Below are positions 34,816-47,512 of a stretch of DNA of 64,000 nucleotides, piece by piece. The DNA comes from Schizochytrium sp. TIO01 (taxonomy: Eukaryota > Protista > Bigyra: Labyrinthulomycetes), in assembly GCA_004764695.1 (NCBI GenBank), contig SMSO01000035.1, positions 3,918,040 to 3,982,039 on the forward strand, given 5' to 3'. Position 1 is the first letter of the stretch. Each line of letters opens with the position of its first letter. The position numbers were made by a program, and so were the translations under genes. The notes beneath the pieces were generated by a model. It had not been told where the DNA came from. It made no database searches and saw nothing but the letters and a program-made list of their open reading frames with translations.

Positions 34816-35542
34816 TCAGTCGCCGAACACACGCTGGTAAGCGTTGCTGCTGCTATTATCTCCACGATCCCGGTTGCGTGGAGGCCGAGGCTGGGCACTT
34901 GAACGAGATGTTCGTGTGCTCTGAGAATTTCGGAGGCTTGCGCCTGCGCCACCAAATGGATCGTGTTCAGACGTATTATTACTCTCCGACTCGCGAGTTT
35001 CAAACTCGACAAGCCTTTGCTTCAAAATTTGTCGTTCTTCTTCTTTTGCCTGCTTTTCCTTTTCCACAGATCGTGCGAGAGCTGTTTTACTTGGTATAGC
35101 AATAGTCTTTGTACCCACCTTTCCTTTGGGCCCACGACTCAACAATTGTAAGGATGACACACCAGGTGGGAGCATTATACCAGGTCCTGCTCGCTGCTTG
35201 TCAGCATCTGAGGAAGAGCTTATCATACCAGTTGGTATGAGCATGCGGTCAGAGTCAATTTTGCGATTAGCAGGTTTGCTGTTGGAGCGGGCAGTTTCCT
35301 GCATGAGAAGAGCAAATTCTTGCTCGAATGCCTCGTCCTCTGCAGTCTTGAAATGTACACTTTCTTCTTCATCGTCAAAATCTGAGTCTTCAGAGTCATC
35401 AGAGTCATCATCAGAGTCATCTTCATCAGAGTCGTCATCGGAGCTGTCATCTGAACCTTCCTCGGAATCATCTTCAGAATCATCTGAGACATCAGAAACC
35501 ATTTCGTCATCGTCGTCATCGTCATCATCATCGTCGTCGTCG

Positions 35543-35583
<41 letters not shown>

Positions 35584-35802
35584 GTCGTCGTCGTCGTCGG
35601 AATCCGAGTCGTCCTCTGACTCTTCGTCGCTTTCGCGAACATAGACTCCCGAATTATCATTCGTATCGCTCATGGCGTATTCCTCATCTGCTGACGCATC
35701 TTCATCTTGAGAGTCATCTTCGCCATCGTCCTCCTCGTCGTCATCTTCTTCAGATTCGCCTGAATCCTCTTCTTCTTCGTCATCCTCCTCGTCCTCGTCC
35801 TC

Positions 35803-35838
<36 letters not shown>

Positions 35839-38800
35839 AGCTTCTTCCTTGAACTCATATGCATCCTCTACAGGTGCTAAAGCCTCGCGTTTTGCAAGGT
35901 CCTCCTTCGCAGCTAATTGCATTGGTGCCAAGCGCTGCTCTACTTCAGCCAGAGTCAGTGGACGCTGTGCAACAGGACCTTTCAGCGCCTCGAACACATC
36001 ATCGATGGCAAAATCAACTTCCATGGGGAGGTATTCCTTAGATAAGCGATAGCGCTCAAGGTAAAGCCAGAATAGACTAAGGCGACCTGCGAATTCAGGA
36101 AGTGTAATGAAATCTCGGGCAAACATGAGCAGGTGACCCACAAGACGCAAGCGGAAACCTTCAAAGGGGGGATCTGCTGAATAGGGAACACGTGGGTGGA
36201 ATTGAGCTGCATCGTTTTCTACACAACCACCTGGCCAAGGTCCACGCGGACGCCGTTCTCGAATTTCTACGGAGTCCTCACCATATTCGGCAGGCCATGG
36301 CAATGCATGCCCATGATGCAAGACCAAATAAAGCACATCAAACAGTGAATTAATATCCACAATGCGGTAATTGAAAAGTTCGGCCAATAGGCGAGCACAA
36401 CCAAGTGTTTTTTGATACAAGGTTCGATCGTTGGTCTCCAAAGTTCTTTCGATCCTTTCCAGAGCAAAATCAGCGATGCAGATACCAATCTCAGGATATG
36501 AAGAAGACAGAAGAGCGAGGCAGTCACATACCTGATCAAGGGCAGACGCACGCTTTTTGCTTACGGCCAAAACGCATCGCGCGATAAGATTGATTGTATG
36601 TGGACGTGACTCCATGTCCCATCGCAGTTTCTTTAGCATCTTAACAACAAAAGAAATCTGCTCCCGCTGACGCGTCTTACGGCTTCGCCGGACAGAGCGA
36701 CTGCGGCGCCCGCCTACTTCGCCATTTGCATTGGCAAGGCGCTCCAGCTCCACAAAATGATTGCGATCTAGATCACTACCAAGATATTCAAACAATAAAT
36801 ATCGGATGAAGCGTTCCTCATCACTGCGCTCACGAGCTTTCGGAAGCTGCGATTTTGCAGGCGGTACGATGTAATAAAATGCGTTTTCAATCAATGATTT
36901 TTCTGCCGCAGTCATTAGTTGAGACTTTGAGAGCTCCACGAGTTGTTGTAGATACTTGGTCGTTTCTTTATGCGTTGCTTCATTGCGAAACAAGTAGCGA
37001 CCAGCACATTCAAAAAGGGCACAAGCGGTGTTCACATTTTGCCCACGGAAGTCCTTGAAGCAATTGGTCCACACAAAGTATGCCTTTTCTGGGCCTGCAC
37101 AAAGTTCTTGTACATGACCAAATTTGACAAGCTCGCCAATGTATCGGGCATTGCGAATGCGTGACTCAAGGCGTCTAGGATCATCTTGGCGACAAAAATA
37201 CTTGAACTCCCTTTCAAGGCTGCTCATAAGCTCTTGGCCAATCCGCGGGAAAATGGGCGATAAAATTGCTGCAATACGAGCATAATAGGGCAATAGTTCC
37301 AGACGACTCCAGGGAGCCCGAGTGAGCTCGTAAATTAGACGTTTGATCAAACTCTTAGTATGAGTGTGGCAAAAATCTATCGCAAAACTTTCCGTGGCGC
37401 TTCGACTCAAGCAGGACTGAAGTCGGCTACGAAGAGCTTCACTTTGAAGAGATGTTTGAGAGCCTTCCCTAGGATCACCCTCACCTTCATCCCCAAAATT
37501 GTCTTGCAAGACAAATTCCTCGTTGTCATCGTCATCGTCATCATCGTCATCCTCAGCAGGCGGCCCAGCTTGAGCTTGGGCAGACACTGGAACAGATTCT
37601 GTTGTCATTCCCCGGGGCGGTTGCGTTGAAGGGTTAGACGAAGTCGGTCTTGAGGAAATACTAAGTTGACTCAAAGCACCATCAAGTGTTCCCTTGCCTG
37701 AGGAAGAGGAAGTAGATTGAGCGACAGCCTCTCTTGCGGCTGCAGCTCGAGCAGATGCTTTCGCCGCGGCGTTTGCAGCATTTTGCATGGCTTCACGGTG
37801 GCTTGCTACCAACGCATTCGCTGATTTAGAGAGAAAGACACTACTTGTAGAGGCAAACAAAGCACCGGGTAGAGTATCAATCAAATCCGGAAGATCTTGA
37901 TAAAACGCGCGGGCTCCCTCGTCGCCGTAGGCAACTGCATCTGGAGAAAGATCACCTTCGTCACCAGAAAGGCCTCGCTTTCGGTCCCAAACTGCAACCT
38001 CGGTGGCTTTTTCAGGCTCCTCATTGTCTTCAGGAGGCGGGGGCTCCGGGGCAGCAACATCTGTAAGGTCACAAAGAACTTGGGCATTTTCCTGCATACG
38101 CTCAATACTTGCTTCGCGTTCTTCAAAGCTCTTTGCAACTCGTTCATCGAGCGTACCGTGATTTAGAATACGGTCCTTATTGGATTTCCTTCGTTTCTGC
38201 AAAGCCACTTGCTCGTTGTATAAACGAACTAGTAGACTAGACCGGTAGACAATAACCATTTGCTGGCAGCGCAACCTTGCTTCTGAGGGAATGCAGTCAG
38301 TATGCTCAGCTAAGAGCGGACCTTTTTGATCCTCCAGGCTGCGAGGCACAAACCCAGTTAGTTCTAGGCCTGCAGCTCGTAGAAGGCCATTGATACCAAG
38401 CAAGTTACTAAGGGCAAGATCTCCAAGCGGACGCTTAGCAAGTTCTGAGGACTCATCCTTTGCCCTCACAGGCACCTGGGTCATGCGTCTGAAAATCTTC
38501 ATTAGAAATGCCACAGAGTCTACAACGCCACATAGCACCAGCTCACCAGCCAATCTAAGAAGTACTCGGCGCCTGGCAATATCCTTGCCCTCCAAAGAGT
38601 TTTCAATTTTGTCAAACTCTTCGTTGATGGCCTGGCAAAGTGGCTCGGTAAATTCATCATAACGCTGGTGCATGACGCAAATAAGGCGCATCGTGCCAAT
38701 AACATCCTTAGTTTTGATAGGTGCATCCATCAAATTTGAAACAATTTCGCTCACGTAGCGACGCAAATTTAGTTTGGCTGCATCACTCGCGAGTTGCGTG

Positions 38801-39003
38801 CCGTTATCCTCAGAGACGGTTTTCACTTTCTTCACGAACCCAGTGGTTTTCTTGACGTCCGAAACGAGCTTTTTCTTATTCACTTCAACGTCATTGCGGG
38901 TTGAAAGGACTTTGTCCTGGGCATTTTCAGCCACGCGTTCTGCTCTAAAGGCCCTTAATTTCTCTCCGCTTTGTGCAAGCTTTCGTGCCGCGTCAGGATC
39001 CAT
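34816..39003 (-). CDS. UPF2: Nonsense-mediated decay factor UPF2 (three MIF4G domains, acidic tract, UPF1-binding C-terminus)
   Basis: KKLVSDVKKTTGFVKKVK, LNLRRYVSE, RLELLPYYAR, SRIRNARYIGELVKF, LLAELFNYR, DPP..FRLRLV, poly-D/E tract, EDEAFEQEF..LM, LLSRG..K; ATG 39003. Confidence 0.93.
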
Positions 39004-40160
39004 GGCCACTCGTGGCACGCCCAAAACCGTAGACGATCTGGCCAAGCTAGGCCAGAAAGCTTGCAACAAAGATTTCTATCGGCGTCAGCACTGGAGGGAC
39101 TCGCCTTTTCCAGACTCTGACGTCCTTGAACAACTTTCAGGGGACTCAGCGGCCTCCCCAACGCACGGCCGCACGCCAATTTATGATACTGATCTTCTCC
39201 TCTGGCCTCACTGCTATGCCCACCTTCATAATACTATCACTTACCATCAACTAGCGCCTCTATCGTTAATGAATCTAAAAACAAGAAAATCCTGCGGCTA
39301 TTCGAGCGAGTCAGCAAAACTTTGAGGCAACCCCCAAATATTCCAACAGTCTGTGCACCGCTTTGCGGTCGCTCTCACACCAAAGATCCACGCAGCTTAA
39401 CTCTGAAGAGGTCGCTTCTGATCGATTGATTACCCTACTTCATTGATTCACCTTGCAAACTAGGTACAAACGAGCATCATAAAGCTAATAGAAAAATAAA
39501 TCATAACCTAACCCTGGAACCGCGAAGGAACCACTGCGGCACGCCAAACCTAACCAAAGACCACTGAGTTGCTTGATTGGCGAAAACTCTCTGCTTATAA
39601 GAGACCACGTGGCGGTGTAAACCTGAATATTTACTATCGCTCATCATTCATAACTCACACCAAATTACCTCAACCCGAGTGAATTTGTGTGGAGATCCCT
39701 CTTGAAACTGCTCTTGAAGAGCCACGCAGCTATTACCATGTTTCGCTCAACCCTCGCAAACTAGCTGGCCAGTGCTATATCTATCAATCCCGATCTCGAG
39801 TCGGAGTTGGTGCACACATTTACTTCATTCACTCTGTAAGCCGAAGCAAAAGTACCAGGGGACCTACCTAGGTATCGCTCTCGCTGCCTCGACAGATGTT
39901 GCTGTAGCTTTAGTTCTCTTGGGGCAGCGGGCTTTCAAAGAGAATATTCATTGCGACGCGAGCACTACAGAGGTCACCGTTGTGCACAGCATCTTCTTGA
40001 CATTAGAATGGTATTTGCCATCAACGTTCAGAGCTCGGACTTCCCTTGGTTCAAGACAAAACCTAGATACCCATCTAGCGGCATGGTCAAGCCGTGCCGA
40101 CTTGTGAGCAGTTTGTTTCAAGGTTTATAGACTGCGATGAGTGATTGATTGATTATGGCT

Positions 40161-40236
40161 TTGATGTTGATGTTGATGTTAATGTTGATGTTGATGTTGA
40201 TGTTGATGTTGATGTTGATGTTGATGTTGATGTTGA
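40161..40236. repeat. (TTGATG)n hexanucleotide microsatellite
   Basis: Direct reading. Confidence 0.95.
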
Positions 40237-41852
40237 GCATATACGGGAACGGATGCGGGGGCAAGTTCTTCGCCAGCGTGGACCGCAGAGCAGTAATTTG
40301 CAGTGTGGAAACTTATAAAGCATGGAGAACAGACAACCTGGTATCTCCAGGATTGGTATGCACCTGTAGCAATTGCATTTGGAAATAAGTAAAGTTGTCA
40401 AGACTCCAAATGCGTCATAACATGTCTTTTCTAGGTGGAAGGTAGTTTATGTTAAAGTTTATTATAATACTGCTCGGCGCTAGCTCTGGCGCGGGTTGAA
40501 TTGCAATACCCATGGTGGCGTGTTGTGTTGAGCTCAACGAGAGCAGAGGTTAAAGTACTAAGTACTTGGTTTCACAACACCGTTTTCCATTTTACATCTT
40601 CAATTCTGTGCGTGCTGCTTTGACTTCGAACCTAGTACTAAGTAGTACCTAGGTACTGGCAACGGGAAGACATTACAAAGAGATTTTCATTGATTTTCTG
40701 TGCTTTTTTCTTCTTTTTTAATTTATTTTATTTTTAAAACGTTTTAAATTTTTAATCAAACAAATAAATTTAAATAAACTTGAACTAAAGAAATAGGAAG
40801 AAGACAATTGGCGTGCTCCAAATAAGATGAGTTAGCTTTGGACTGACAGTCAGTGCCGTCGAGCTCATGGCAATACACAGACAGGCCTCTTGGTTTATTC
40901 CTTGCACTGTTGGTGCCTTAGACCCGTTGACTCGCTCTCTGCGATCATAACTTCAGCATTGGGCACAAACTAAGAATATATATATGTATTTAACAACAAC
41001 ACAGAAATAATACCTTGAAACAGGGACAAAGTCGAACAAAAATGGCAAACTTCGCAAGGATTCCCCCATGTATGTGTAATAAGCTCAGTGGGGCGTGAAA
41101 ACGGAGTTTCGTTTCGTTTGGTTTATTAAAACCATAAAAATGAAAGGAACACAAGAGAAGACAAACCCAGCTTCACAGATTTCTCAGCGCAGTAGGTACA
41201 GACTGTGAACAATAAACAATGGATAAACAAATAAACAACCGATTGGCCCGTTTAGATTGAAGCAATCTACTGTTGTTATGACCCATTCGGAATGCTGGAA
41301 GTGGGTTTTCCTTCAATTATCGTTTTCACTGCCTCGCCCTTCAAGCTCGAGGAGGTCGAGTTTGTGAATGAATGAATGAATGAATGAATATCTTCGCCTA
41401 ACTGTGCTTATTAGTCGTATCACCTAGTAGGTAGGTAGGTAGGTAGGTACCTTCGTACATCGTTCTTTGTTCAATACTGATTCACCTGTTTTTTAATGTT
41501 TCAAAGTTGTTTTTTGTTTTTTTCCTGAAACAAAAGAGAAACAACTGAAGGGGAGTTTTTTGATGTATTGAACAGTTGAGTTTATTTGTTGTACAGAGGT
41601 TTCATAATTGGTCGACCTTGAACTATCTCTCGGCTCGCAACGTTCCTTCTGCATCTTGCTGACCCATCGATCTCACAGCTCAAGAAGCCCGAGGCAGTAC
41701 CGACGTTTGCCAGCAACATAGGTATGTATGCATTTTTGCGTGCTCAGCGAGCTTGCTGACCAGTAAATGATTGATTCAATCTTTCATTGCTCAGAGATTT
41801 ATGATAAATTTATGGATGTACGTAGTATCTACTCATTCATAAATGCATAAGT

Positions 41853-41928
41853 AAACAAACAAACAAACAAACAAACAGACAAACAAATTAATTAATTAAT
41901 TAATTAATTAATTAATTAATTAATTAAA
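41853..41928. repeat. Compound (AAAC)n(TAAT)n microsatellite
   Basis: Direct reading. Confidence 0.9.
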
Positions 41929-43142
41929 TTTATTTATTTCAAGTTATTTGTTTATTTGTTATTGCATTTATGTTGCAAACCTGGCGCTTACAACCTGCCC
42001 CAATAGACACCTGCTGGTCTCGATGTGCCTCTGTTCCCCGTCGATCAGGTTGCCTTCAAGTTCTCTCGCCTCCACCAAGGAAGACCAATGACACACCTAA
42101 AGAGAAAAGAAACAACAAAACAGTCCTTTCACACAATACATACATAGTTAGTCTCACTCACTCACTCACTCACTAAGTAGGTGTATACGCTATGTAGACT
42201 ATGTACCTACCTACCTACCTGACTTCTATATATCTATCTACATAGCTGTTCAATCTTCTTTCCAAGGAAAGAAAACAACTCGCCTGCATAATTAATTAAT
42301 TAAAAAGCACCTTGAGGTACCTCGCCATCTGGCATTGCAGCTCAGGAGCTCTGAGCATCGCAGAGATTGCGAAGCATAGGCAGAGGGGCGGCATTCGAGT
42401 GCTGCGACTAAGTCCCCATCGATCGGAGCAGAGCAGAGCAGGTCATCGAAGAAAGCATGAGGTCAAAATCCTCATCTTGATCCCTCATTGCTTTCTTTGC
42501 CTTCTCATCTCTTATTTACTTACTTACTTATTTACTTTTTTACTTACTTACTTACTTAGTTACAGTCGTACCTACTACTTCGCTGCCTAAGTGGCACCTA
42601 AGGCACTCCTACGAGCATGTATCAGTGAGTAGTCGTCATATGAGTGTGGATAAGGGGGGGGTCCTAGGAGAAAGCGCTATGAGGGGCAGTAAGAGTGGTA
42701 GATAAAGCGAAGAAGGAGAAAGAGAAGAAGAAGAAGAAGAAGAAGAAGGAGAAAGAGGAGGAAGACAAGAGCAGCAAATGCAAACAGCAGACGGCTGTAC
42801 ACCCGGCGGATTGCTGCTCCTCTGCTCTGGCGTGCGCGACGTTGCTTTCACTCTCCGCTGAGCTCTCTGCACCTGTGCGCGACGCCCCTGCGAGGAGTAG
42901 TCGGCTCGTGACCAGCGCCCAGGTCCTGCCTGCTGCGAGGGACTGACTGCCAGCTCGAGAGTAGCGGCATCAGTGCACCTTGCGGTGTCCTTCATCTTCT
43001 TTCGTTGCTCTTGTGCACTTTAACCTCCTCTGCTCTGGAGACCAAAGCTTTGCGAAGGTCGGTCTTGTACTGTGCTGGAGAAGAACAAAGTAAGCAGAGG
43101 TCGAGGGCCGACTGATCATACTTGTGTGCAAAAACTACCAGG

Positions 43143-43909
43143 ATGTTTAGGAGCCTCTCTTGGAGCGCGCCGCCCAACGAGGATGATCACTACATCAACA
43201 AGAACGTGAATTGGGTTGGCAAACGGTTTTACGTCTTTTACATTTTCGTAATCTTTGTGGGGGCCTACATGGCGGAGGTAATCTTGGGTGGTACGGTGTT
43301 GAATTCTTTTCAGGTATGGACTTTGGTCAACGTCGTCCATGGCATCATTAATTTCACGGTCATGCACTATGTCACCGGCGTGCCCGCTGATCTCGACAAT
43401 GATGAGTTCTACGAGCTCTCATGGTGGGAACAGCTTGATGACGGCGTCTCTTGGACGCCCATGAAGCGTAACCTCATGCTTATTCCCGTCGTACTGTAAG
43501 TTTCGAATTTTGGTCTTTTCTTGCGATGATTGTGATCATAATTCCAGGTGCGCTGGTCAACTTGTCGTTGTTTTCTGAACTATGGTTAAATTTGCCTTTT
43601 CTTTTAATTTAGAAGCAAAAGATCCACGCTCTCTCATTTTCGAGGATGGCCAATGGACATATTTCTTTTCTTACGGATGACTAACTTTGGATGGATGACG
43701 TGATGATATTTATCTTCGTGTTTGCGACGGAAAACAGATTTCTTGTTGTTTCGCACTTTACGGAGTACGACCCCATGTACCTTGCTCTCAATTTGTGTGT
43801 CCTGGCGCTTGTGCTTTTGCCGAAGATGCCCCAATTCTACCGTGTGCGGTTGAACAGCTCCGCTGCTCTCGACGAGAGCGATGATGCTTCACACCCGCAC
43901 TCTTCATGA
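43143..43909 (+). CDS. ORMDL: ORM1/ORMDL sphingolipid biosynthesis regulator, 2 exons
   Basis: Exons 43143-43495 and 43738-43909 (GTAAG...AACAG intron); NKNVNWV, WTLVNVVH, HYVTGVP, LSWWEQLDDG..WTP, P..LFL..SH, LPKMPQFYRVRL. Confidence 0.93.
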
Positions 43910-44228
43910 TTGAATAACTACTACACATCTTATCACACACATCTCTACACACAGTATGCTTTTACACAATTCCAATTTCAAACAAAGCAAAAAAGTTTCA
44001 ACAGTCTCGACAATCACAATTTCAGCTATACGTATAACCAGTAAATACTCAAGTCGTTTGGATCATCTCCCATCTCTATCAGAAAATAAAACAAAACAAC
44101 AAACATATTTTCTTAAAGGTGTTGATTTACAAAAAAAAATAACAATAATAAAGAAGAAAGCGCGCTAGTGTTTCGTCTTCTTTTCTTTTTCTAAGTTTAC
44201 CCCGCCTTTCCTTTTTTAAGAGGTTAAT

Positions 44229-45501
44229 TTAAATCCCAAAATATAGAGGTACGACACGCATATCATGAAAGCGCCCTTGGAGGTTGTCCTCTTCATCATA
44301 AAATACTAATTTGAAACACGACGAGCAGTACTTACTTGGATCCTCACCAGAGACCCCATCATCAAAGCACATGTAGCGAGCCCAAAATTTACCACACAAA
44401 ACGCACATTGCCCGCCGGACATTCTCTGCGAAGCGGAGAATAGGGTAAACGCAAGCTTGGCTCGGGTAGTCGCTTGGACGAATTCTCACACGCAGAACCT
44501 CAATAAGATGTTCACATTTCCCCTGATGCAGGAGAGTCATGCATGCGCCTAGCGAAAGAGTGTTTTGGATATGTAAATCCCAAAACGTCACATCTGCTAT
44601 GTCATGCTGTGATATTGTTGTGACACCATGATTCTCTAGGCTTGCGCACACAGAGTCTGCCAAGTTCGTTGTTTCGCAAGAAACATAGAACTTCCCTGGT
44701 GAAACAAAGAAACAGTAGTTATTGTATAGGTCTGGACCGCATACAATATGATCAAATGTACAAAAAATTGCTTTGCGAAGCGATTCAAGGGTCGTATTGC
44801 CGAGAACATCGAATTCTTGCTCAAGCGAGCCACCTGTAACTCGAATCCTGAAGGCAATATTTGCAGCCTCGCTCTCGTCGACCTGACCTTCTTTTTGCTC
44901 TTTCAGGGCAATTTGCTGAATTGACGCGGGGGAGAATGTGCTCGCAGCGCTGCTTACCTCCGCGGTATTTTCTGCCAGAACCTCGTCGCTAAGAAATCAT
45001 TTTAATTTTCTATCGTATACATTAGTTTTCTGTCGCATTCTTATTTTTCTGGTTGAACCTGCAGGTGCCATCTTTTCCTATCACTTACGCATTCCAACGT
45101 TGCCGCATCGCAGAGACGAGTTGAGTGTATTGAGGCATTTTCGATACTTCGACATTGTCAAGAAGGGCGTCCTCGACTTGTTCTTCGGGAGATCGTGCCC
45201 TGAGAGACCTTGCCTCCAGAAGCATCTTTTGCACTCGGTCTTTATCTCCAGAGGCTACTACTCGAGCAGCTTCAAGGCTATTTTGAAGGTCTTCAGCGGC
45301 AACGAGGGTCTTCTTACCCTTTGCCAGTGGCAATAGGTTGGCCTGGTCGTCGTCTTCCTCTTCCTCCTGTGCTTTCGAGCTTGTCTCAACTATGTGGACA
45401 TCCTCATCATCAAGTACGCCTAGGTTGCGGCTCTTATCATCTCTGGTGCTGGTGCTGGTGCTACTGGCCTTATCATCGAGCAGCTCCCATGGAAGATCCA
45501 T
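44229..45501 (-). CDS. SNAPC3: snRNA-activating protein complex subunit 3 (SNAP50), 2 exons
   Basis: Exons 45501-45089 and 44988-44229 (100-nt GTAAG...TTAG intron); QEFDVLGNTTLESLRKAIFC..D, HQGKCEH, CVLC...YCSSCF zinc finger. Confidence 0.8.
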
Positions 45502-46200
45502 CGCCAAAGTTCTGGAGTCAACGTGAGTAACGAAGCTCCTTTATTTTAAAGAGCATTTTAAAATTAAATTGATTGTTAATTGGTTTCCTTGTTCTTGGGG
45601 TCACTGATGACTTGAACTTCTCAGGAACGGCAAACAAAAGATGGTTTGAAAGACAACTCAGAAACTATCATGAACAAGTTGTTGGAATACACTGCCTCTT
45701 AAAGACGTCAGTGATGAGGAGTCCTTACAGAACTTGTCTAATAACTTGAAGATACATCTTTCCTTTATATCAAGATGAAGTAATACGAATGAATAATCTT
45801 AAATAATTATAAGCCGGTCTTACTCTTTGTTTTAGAGGATTAATGCAAACGAGAAAGCATAGAGAAGAGAGCCCTTATAACGACGTTAATTATTGCGAGC
45901 CTACTACGGAATGACACGTATATAGATAGAATTACACACAGAAAGATTACTATTTAGTAGAAGGAATATGCAAGTAATGAAGGACTCAACTTGGCCCAAC
46001 TAGCTGATGTACGAGCGCAAGTACTGAACGAATTTCCTAATGAGCCTTTCGCGAGTGGTCATGCAAAGCAGGATCAAGATATTACGCAGAGACCTTGCTT
46101 ACTTCGCATACTGTACTCCTCCTCCTCCTCCTCCTCTTAATTATAGAAATTGATTGATCATCATAACAAAACAAAACATGAGCAATGAGCAATAGAAATT

Positions 46201-46723
46201 TCAAAAGTGCAGACCATAAACACTGACAATGCAGTAGAGTGTCTTGTTTTGATCCTTGCTCTTATCACCAGGCCATTTCACGGTAACGCATCCATCAGAA
46301 ACTGTATCCCAGTATGAAGAGTTCGAGGTGTGCAACCCAGCGCCATTCCGCTGCATGATCGCGCATGTAATTACATATTTGAAGGGTTTGCCAAGGTCAG
46401 CTAGGTCTTGCATACATGTTTCACAAATGCTATCGATCCACCTTGCAACTTTGTCCTCGTCATGTGCTTCATCCTTAAGATGCGCCTCGATAGAGTTCTC
46501 CACAATTCGTTCAACTTCTTCAGCGATGAACGCCGACTATTTATTGACAATCCGAGCGAGATATACATGTTAGTCTCAACATCATCCTTATCATTACATT
46601 CGCCTGAGCACCGTTGTTGCAGTACCTCTTGCCTGTGTCAAAACCGTATAGTACGTGCGACGGGCACCACTTCTCCATATGTCCTTCAGGACGTACCTCT
46701 TCTGAGCTTTGCAAGTCGTCCAT
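46201..46723 (-). CDS. DYNLT1: Dynein light chain Tctex-1, 2 exons
   Basis: Exons 46723-46697 (MDDLQSSEE|GTACGT) and 46536-46201; LGKPFKYVITCAIMQRNGAGLHTS.S.YWD...DG. Confidence 0.95.
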
Positions 46724-47512
46724 GGCAGAGCTGTGTCCTGCGATGTGGCTGCTCTTTCACCAAGCTCTGTACGATTTCGTGTCGATTTTTTTCAAGGCTA
46801 TGGCGTCCTTGCCTCAATTTGGTCTTTGCATTCTTCTGCTGATCTCTATTCAAGCACCTCAAAACAAACCTCTTTGCGACCGTTGAGTAAAAGACCTAAT
46901 TTGTATTAGGGCATTTACTTTCTTTTCTTTCACTTTTTTCTTTCTTTGCCTCACTTCTCAAAATTAACAAATATGTCCACTGCAAAAGGGTATGAAGTCC
47001 TGTTTATACCTATTTCAATTCCGTGGGCGCGTGTAGTGATTAAAATCTCATAGAGCAGCATGAGAATGCATATTTTCCAGGTAAAGTTTGGTATTGAGAA
47101 GAAGAAGTGAATCAGGTGCCCAGAAACGTGCGAAGAACTCTTCGAACGAGGTTTTGCATCGTTTCACGCAAGGCTCTTGATGTATAATGATTTCCTCTGT
47201 TGAGATTATATACTAAAACTTATAAAATGCTCCCATAAATTAAATGAACAGGTTGTAAATACGCCATGATAGGGGCACATTGCAATTCTTTGTCAATAGG
47301 AACTCGCGGAATCGTGCGTCGTGCATACTTTCATTAATATCATAGACTTGTTCTGTGCCAAGTTCTAAGCTAGTCCATCAATGACAAGCTTGTATTTGGA
47401 GTGGAGGTGAAGCTGCTGCAAGGTACCGGGGCCAAAGTGGCCATCGCGGCAGTTTCAAAGCAGTAGCTTATCAGCTTGGGTGGGCGGTGCAAGTACACCA
47501 CAGTCCCTGCAA

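Noticed and set aside
35126-35864. Poly-Ser and poly-Met/Thr ORFs
   Set aside because: Alternative frames of the UPF2 poly-Asp/Glu tract
44636-44857. Apparent frameshifted second ORF in SNAPC3
   Set aside because: The 44229 frame is open up to the acceptor at 44988; a normal 100-nt intron explains the gene
45601-45720. CTGATGA...GAAA hammerhead-like or C/D-box-like motifs
   Set aside because: No stem II or properly placed NUH cleavage site, and no matching D box with a terminal stem
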